NCBI GenBank assembly: GCA_964016885.1 | Contig: OZ024749.1 | Location: 6,634,001-6,698,000, forward strand | From: Eledone cirrhosa | Taxonomy: Eukaryota | Length of the DNA stretch: 64,000 nucleotides | Direction of reading: 5' to 3' | Shown: piece by piece, positions 57,062-64,000 of the stretch | Layout: every line of letters starts with the position of its first letter | How positions within the stretch are numbered: position 1 is the first letter of the stretch | Notes under the pieces: generated by a model | Seen by the model: only the letters and a program-made list of their open reading frames with translations | What the model was told of the DNA's origin: nothing | The model's database searches: none | Position numbers and translations under genes: made by a program

Positions 57062-57425
57062 TAAAACTGATACCAAATCAAAACACAACCAGCCTGATAT
57101 TGTTGTTTGGGACAACACATTGAAAACGTGCTCTGTTGTAGAGGTCAGCTGCCCACTTGATGTCAATGTTGTGAGAAAAATACAGGAGAAGGAGGACATC
57201 TATGGACCATTCATGAGGAGTTTATAGATCCAGTATCCAAGATACACCTTCAGCTTCATAGTTATCATTATTGGAGCTACAGGTTATATACTAACCCACT
57301 TGGACAAAAGTATAACTGAACTTGTATTTGTGGACAAAGAGAGCAGTTCCCTCATTCATAGTCTACAAATGGATGCGATAGATGGCACCTTGAAAATGTG
57401 TAAAACATTCTTGCTATTCAAGGAA
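57062..57425 (+). mobile_element. R4/Dong-like RLE domain fragment
   Basis: KHNQPDIVVWD..TCSVVEVSCPLD, paralogous to 17320-17660. Confidence 0.85.
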
Positions 57426-57483
57426 TGACAATTTATTTTCTGTTACAACCTTGCCACCAGGAAGGTGGCCGGTCAAAAATGTA

Positions 57484-57535
<52 letters not shown>

Positions 57536-57554
57536 AACATATATTCATATATAC

Positions 57555-57595
<41 letters not shown>

Positions 57596-57754
57596 TCATC
57601 ATCATCATCAGGTTTAGCGTCCGTGTTCCACGCTTGCATGGGTTTGGACGGGGGTTTTCCCACTTGAGGCAAGAGTGGTTGTCTTGCTATACATATATAT
57701 ATATATATGTATATATATATACACATATACACACATATATATATATATATATAT

Positions 57755-57819
<65 letters not shown>

Positions 57820-57869
57820 TATACATATATATACATATATATACATACATATATAGTTTTAATATAGAA

Positions 57870-57922
57870 GAGATTCTACAGGACTAGAACTGTTTCATTC
57901 ATTAGAAATCATCAGGAATCTC
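57870..57922 (-). ncRNA. Type I hammerhead ribozyme (mirror copy)
   Basis: Perfect reverse complement of 57924-57976. Confidence 0.85.
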
Positions 57923-57923
57923 T

Positions 57924-57976
57924 GAGATTCCTGATGATTTCTAATGAATGAAACAGTTCTAGTCCTGTAGAATCTC
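57924..57976 (+). ncRNA. Type I hammerhead ribozyme
   Basis: GAGATTC CTGATGA T TTC-TAAT-GAA T GAAAC AG-TTCTAGTC-CT GTA GAATCTC; 7-bp helix I, GUA site. Confidence 0.88.
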
Positions 57977-58180
57977 TTCTATATTAAAACTGTTATACTC
58001 TGCTATGTATTGAGTACCTTACTTACTGTGGTTACCTCCGATTCAACCCGGAATAATGTACATACATATATATATATATAGTATACTAGGGAGAGGATCA
58101 GGGGTGTATAACACTCCACTTATCCAGCAGGCAGTATAAGGTTAGCTCAATGTCTGAGGACAGAGCCGTGATATAATAAA

Positions 58181-58995
58181 TAACAAAGAACGCCTATAGC
58201 ATATGCATATCTTTACTTGGTAACATTGTTTCATCCGCACTATAAGTGGGACTTATCAGAGCATAAAGGTTAATTACATACCATACAAGCAATAACAAAT
58301 CCAAGACATTGAAGAATGAAAAATAATAATAGACGATAAAGGATATTAAGGAAGTAAAAGTAAAAATAAAGATAAGAATAAAAATAAAAATAAAAATAAG
58401 ATAATAAAATAAACAATGAAAAATAAGGGGTGCTATCAGTCACAGTTGGGCGGGGTGCTGTCAACATATAGTTACATACAAGCATACACATGGATAAGAG
58501 AACAGACAAGAGTAGATAAGATAGATAGGATTAGGTAAGAGTAGGTAAAAAATAGGTGAAAAACAGACTTATAATATATATAAGAAAATATAAAGAAATA
58601 CATAACAAACTTACATATAAAATATAAAATATACAGATAATAGTGATACAGGGTAAGGAATGAGATAAAATAATATAAAATTAAAATTAAAATTATATAA
58701 AATAGAACATAATATAATATAATCATAAAATAAGATAAAATAAGGTAAACTAAAATAAAATAAAATAGACTAAATTAAAATAATATAATATAAGATATAA
58801 TTAAATGTAATTTTAAAAAAATGGTCGAGTGATACACATAACTGTGACACTTAGTGACTTCGTGGGCCCCTGATATATTCAAGAGATATATTCTAAAAAA
58901 ATATATATCTTATCTCAATTTACTTTATTTCATTTTATTTTATTTTATTTCATTTCATGTTATCTAATTTTATTTATTTACTTATTTAATTCCAT

Positions 58996-59026
<31 letters not shown>

Positions 59027-59737
59027 CTTATTTATTTATTTATTTATTTATTTAAATTTTATTTTAATTTTATTTATTTATTTAACTTTATTTATTTATT
59101 TATTTAATTACATTTAATTATATCTTATATTATATTATTTTAATTTAGTCTATTTTATTTTATTTTAGTTTACCTTATTTTATCTTATTTTATGATTATA
59201 TTATATTATGTTCTATTTTATATAATTTTAATTTTAATTTTATATTATTTTATCTCATTCCTTACCCTGTATCACTATTATCTGTATATTTTATATTTTA
59301 TATGTAAGTTTGTTATGTATTTCTTTATATTTTCTTATATATATTATAAGTCTGTTTTTCACCTATTTTTTACCTACTCTTACCTAATCCTATCTATCTT
59401 ATCTACTCTTGTCTGTTCTCTTATCCATGTGTATGCTTGTATGTAACTATATGTTGACAGCACCCCGCCCAACTGTGACTGATAGCACCCCTTATTTTTC
59501 ATTGTTTATTTTATTATCTTATTTTTATTTTTATTTTTATTCTTATCTTTATTTTTACTTTTACTTCCTTAATATCCTTTATCGTCTATTATTATTTTTC
59601 ATTCTTCAATGTCTTGGATTTGTTATTGCTTGTATGGTATGTAATTAACCTTTATGCTCTGATGAGTCCCACTTATAGTGCGGATGAAACAATGTTAGCA
59701 AGTAAAGATATGCATATGCTATAGGCGTTCTTTGTTA
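58181..59737. repeat. ~630-bp near-perfect inverted repeat (Penelope pLTR-like), ~295-bp spacer
   Basis: 58181-58812 is the inverse of 59107-59737; identical translations on opposite strands in the ORF track. Confidence 0.92.
59650..59707 (+). ncRNA. Type I hammerhead ribozyme
   Basis: CTTTA TGCT CTGATGA GTCC-CAC-TTATA-GTG-C-GGAT GAAAC AAT GTT AGCA AG TAAAG; GUU site. Confidence 0.85.
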
Positions 59738-59744
59738 TGTATGT

Positions 59745-59783
<39 letters not shown>

Positions 59784-59784
<1 letters not shown>

Positions 59785-61342
59785 CATCATCATCATCATC
59801 ATCGTTTAACGTCCATCTTCCACGCTTGCATGGGTTTAGACAGGAGTTTTCCCACTTGAGGCAAGAGTGGTTGTCTTGCTCGCATAGGACTGTCTGGCGG
59901 GTTTTCTACAGCTGGATGCCCTTCCTAACACCAACCACATTTACAGTGTGGGGCTGGGAGGTTTTTACGGTGTTGCCTACACAGCCACATTACAGCATGG
60001 ACTATCTGGCGGGTTTTCTACAGCTGGATGCCCTTCCTAACACCAACCACATTTACAGTGTGGGGCTGGGTGGTTTTTACGGTGTTGCCTACACGGCCAC
60101 ATTACAGCATGGACTGTCTGGCGGGTTTTCTACGGCTGGATGCCCTTCCTAACACCAACCACATTTACAGTGTGGAACTGGGAGGTTTTTACCGTGTTGC
60201 CTACACAGCCATATTACAGCGTGGACTGTGTGTTTTTTTGTCGTGACACCTACACGATCTCATTTGTTTCGGCCTGGATGTTGTGGCACCAACATAACTT
60301 TACATTGAAAGGGGCGGTGTGGATGGGGTGGGGGTGGTGGGACGGGGGTGTGTTTTGCTAGAGATGCCTACTGACTGTAGTAGGTTTTACTTTGTATTTC
60401 AGGTAAGGCGGGTCTTCTCTATTACTGAGTACCGCCAAAGATCTCGGTCCAGCGACATTGTCTTGGAGAGGTGTAAGTGTGTGAGGTCTGAATTTATCAG
60501 GTCGTCCCAGGTTTTTCTGGGTCTGCCTACTCCGTGGCTACCGTCTATCTTTATTGCCCTGCACTTTTTTATACAGCTGTCGTCTTTCATGCGCATCACG
60601 TGACCATACCAACGTAGCCTTCTCTCGACTAAACAACATCTGATCCCTCTTATTTCTAATTTTTCCCTTAGTTCGTTTATGCTTTGCCGTTCGCGTATAT
60701 TACTATTACACATCCAGCGGAGCATGCAAGCTTTGTTCCTCTCTAGTCTGCGTATATCCTCTGCACACAAAGCCCAGGTCTCACTGCCATGCAACATTGC
60801 TGTTCGTATGCAGGCATCGTACAACCTGCCTTTCATTTTTAGGGAGAACCCTTTAGCAGCTAATAGTGGTATAAGCTCTTTGAACTTTCTCCATCCAGTT
60901 CTGACTCTAGCTACTGTACTTTCAGAGCACCCACCCCCACTGCTGATTTTGTCACCCAAGTAACGGAAGCTGTCCACTATTTCTATAGAACCCTCTGCGC
61001 AATTGAAAGAGCTAGTATTTTGTGGGCACTTGCAGCTACTTATGGCACCAGAGCACCGGCCACATGTAAAATCTATGTTCTTAGTTAGCTTACCTGTGAT
61101 CCCACTACATCTTTTATGCACCCATACTTTGTATTTGGGATATAAAATGGAGTTTCTACCTACGCCTTTCCTACACACTGAGCATGGCCATTTCCTGGAA
61201 GGGACCTGCGCCTTATTTTCTTTCCTACAAACTAGAACTTTAGTCTTAACCAGGTTAATTTTAAGGCCTTTTGATTCTAGGCCGTGCTTTCATGTTTGGA
61301 ATTTCTTCTCTAGCTCGGCCATTGATTCAGCTATGAGCGTTA
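59784..61342 (-). mobile_element. 5'-truncated RTE-type LINE (RT end, Cys/His finger, C-terminus, 3' UTR, (GAT)n tail)
   Basis: FRYLG, RTGWRKF, LHGSETW, RLRWYGHVMR, GRPRKTW; 3' UTR has ~131-bp internal tandem copies. Confidence 0.92.
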
Positions 61343-61910
61343 GATGGATGTGAATCCAAAATATAGGGACAATTAAACCTCTCCCAAGGTAACTCTATCC
61401 CGTGTTATTATTTTTATTTGTTACACTCTTTCCTACGTTCCTCTACACACTATACATCTCATTCTACATTCCCTTACATCTCTCTCTTCACCACCGGATT
61501 CTGTTACCCGGAGATTTACCCATCAGCATTGTTGAGGCTTCCAAAATGAACAAGAAAAATTTTTTGTTATTATTCCACAATGCTACAAACAAACTTCAAT
61601 ACTCTCTTATATATATATATATACTAGCATGGAACCCGTCAAAGACGAGGTTTTCAATACAAAAGATAGGTATTCAATTTAATAATTTTACATAACAACA
61701 TTCTGTGTAAGGATATTTAAGTCCTCACATTTACTTGAACTCTTGCTCCTGTCACACTGACCATCACTGTATTTCATAGGTTGGTAGGTAGATAATAGAC
61801 AAATATATAGATATGTAGACAGGCAAATAGATAGACAGATAGGTAAGTAGATAAATAGATTTCCCAAACAAAAGCCCCAAATCATTGAATTGTGTTTCCT
61901 TATATATATA

Positions 61911-61951
<41 letters not shown>

Positions 61952-61955
61952 ATGT

Positions 61956-61991
<36 letters not shown>

Positions 61992-62104
61992 ATGTATATA
62001 TATATATATATATATGTGTGTATATATATATATATACATATATATATATGTATATATATATATATACATATATATATATGTATATATATATATATACACA
62101 TATA

Positions 62105-62145
<41 letters not shown>

Positions 62146-62186
62146 ATGTATATATATATATATGTGTGTGTATATATATATATATA

Positions 62187-62273
<87 letters not shown>

Positions 62274-62288
62274 ATATATATGTGTGTG

Positions 62289-62325
<37 letters not shown>

Positions 62326-62592
62326 ATGTATATATATATATGTGTATGTATATATATATGTATATATATGTATATGTATATATGTATATATATGTATTTA
62401 TATGTATATATATGTATATATATGTATATATATGTGTATGTACATATATATGTATATATATGTGTATGTACATATATATGTATATATATGTGTATGTATA
62501 TATATATATTAAACGATGATGATGATATATATATATATATATATGTGTGTATGTATAAATATATATATATAATATATATATATATAATATAT

Positions 62593-62795
62593 ATATTTAT
62601 AAAATAACATATTAAAGTTTAAGCAAAGAATCGCTGCTTTCACCCTTAACGGGATCAAGATCCCGTTAAGGGTGAAAGCAGCGATTCTTTGCTTAAACTT
62701 TAATCTGTTATTTTATAAATATTTGCTCTACGGTTCTTATATATTTGATATATATTTATCCTTATCGAGCCCTCTTTGGATTTTAGTCTTGAAAT
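62593..62795. repeat. 64-bp-arm palindrome in a short dispersed element with a partial hammerhead-like core
   Basis: 62593-62656 is the inverse of 62659-62722; AAGA T CCC-GTTAA-GGG T GAAAG; rearranged relative at 28990-29125. Confidence 0.7.
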
Positions 62796-62877
62796 TTATT
62801 ATTATTAATATGATATATATATATATATATGTATGTATGTATGTATGTATATATATATAGATAGATATATATATATA

Positions 62878-64000
62878 TTGTTATACTTGGGGAGGGTCAT
62901 ATTTGTGTAATAATATTGCCAGAATTAATAACAGTACACACTCACTGTTTGGTTGGTTTTCGCTTCTGTGTCTTTTATATCGGTTAATTTAATTTATTCT
63001 GTCCTCAATGTTACCATTGACTGACCAACGGTCAAAAATACAGATACAGTATAGACACAAACACATATATATAGTCTAACAAAGTTCTTTCGTTGCACAT
63101 CTGCAACATCGTCAGTGGTGCTATTATGTTTCCTCCCGTTGTATTGTATGCCTACGCCATCTTTATTTAGTCTGTTTATTTATTTTTTTTTTGTCTTCTC
63201 TGCGCAAGCGTTTGCGTGTGTGTATAGTGTTTTGTTTGATGTGTGTTCGTGTTTGGGTGACCGTGTATTGGTTATTGTATTCTATCTTAGTTTACTAGTG
63301 TGTATTTATATGTGTTTGTTGTTATTGTGCTTGTGTATGTATTTATTTATTTATTTATACTTCTCTTAGGTCAGTGTTGTTTGTTTGGGTGTTGTTGTTA
63401 TTCCATTCATTTTTTCTGTTTAGCTTTGGCCTTCTAAGTTCTATTTCGCTGCCCTCTCTGATTTGCCTATCTGCTGGGTCATTTCTATGTTTAGATATTA
63501 TTCTAATTTCTATGTTGTCACTGTTACCGTTGTGTTGTTGTCTGGCATGTTCATATAGTACTTAACCGTTTTTTCATCCTTTTAGTTCCCCCCTGTTTTG
63601 GTCTATCCTTTCACCTATGATACGAGCTGTCTCGCCTATGTATGTTGTCGTGTTTCTGCAGGTACCCGCTGTACATCTTATGCTATAGACTACGTTTCTA
63701 GTTTTACAGTTTATTCGGGGGTTTACTTTACATATAATACATTTCCTATTAGTACAGTGGGTTTTCTTAAAAGGGTAGGTTTTGCTGATCAGGGATTTTA
63801 TGGTGGTTCCTGGCTTTTCTACCACCTTAATCTTTAAGCGGGTCTTTCTCAGGGCCTTTCTACACTGGTTAGCTAATTTCCCTCCAGGGGCAGCGTCCAC
63901 AAACATGACACTCCGGTATCTCTTGTTGTCGTACCATGAGGTGGCTTTCCCTATCTTATGCCTAGTCCTATCTAAGCTATTCCAAGATTTGCTCCTGTAT
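62878..64000 (-). mobile_element. Second Penelope-like copy (GIY-YIG domain and 3' pLTR), continuing beyond the window
   Basis: NVVYSIRC..TYIGETAR; highly similar to 46170-47217. Confidence 0.9.

Overview
AT-rich, repeat-saturated animal DNA, most likely cephalopod/Octopus (inferred from the SINE families and (AT)n load); it is not prokaryotic. Nearly all long ORFs are either microsatellite artefacts or broken retroelements: RTE-, CR1- and R4/Dong-type LINEs, two Penelope-like (GIY-YIG) elements, tRNA-derived SINEs, and TTAA and hAT MITEs. Only one plausible host exon was seen (34581-34684, minus strand). The main unexplained signal is RNA-level. About 18 type I hammerhead ribozyme (HHR) motifs, some intact and some decayed or partial, from about 9 apparently unrelated families occur in 64 kb. 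Most sit in ORF-less tandem, inverted or circularly permuted units of about 310-630 bp that resemble Penelope pseudo-LTRs or non-LTR retrozymes. A second theme is that most long-unit minisatellites are amplified pieces of mobile elements, several straddling the 5' insertion junction. Everything was read by eye: element boundaries are approximate and family names need database confirmation.
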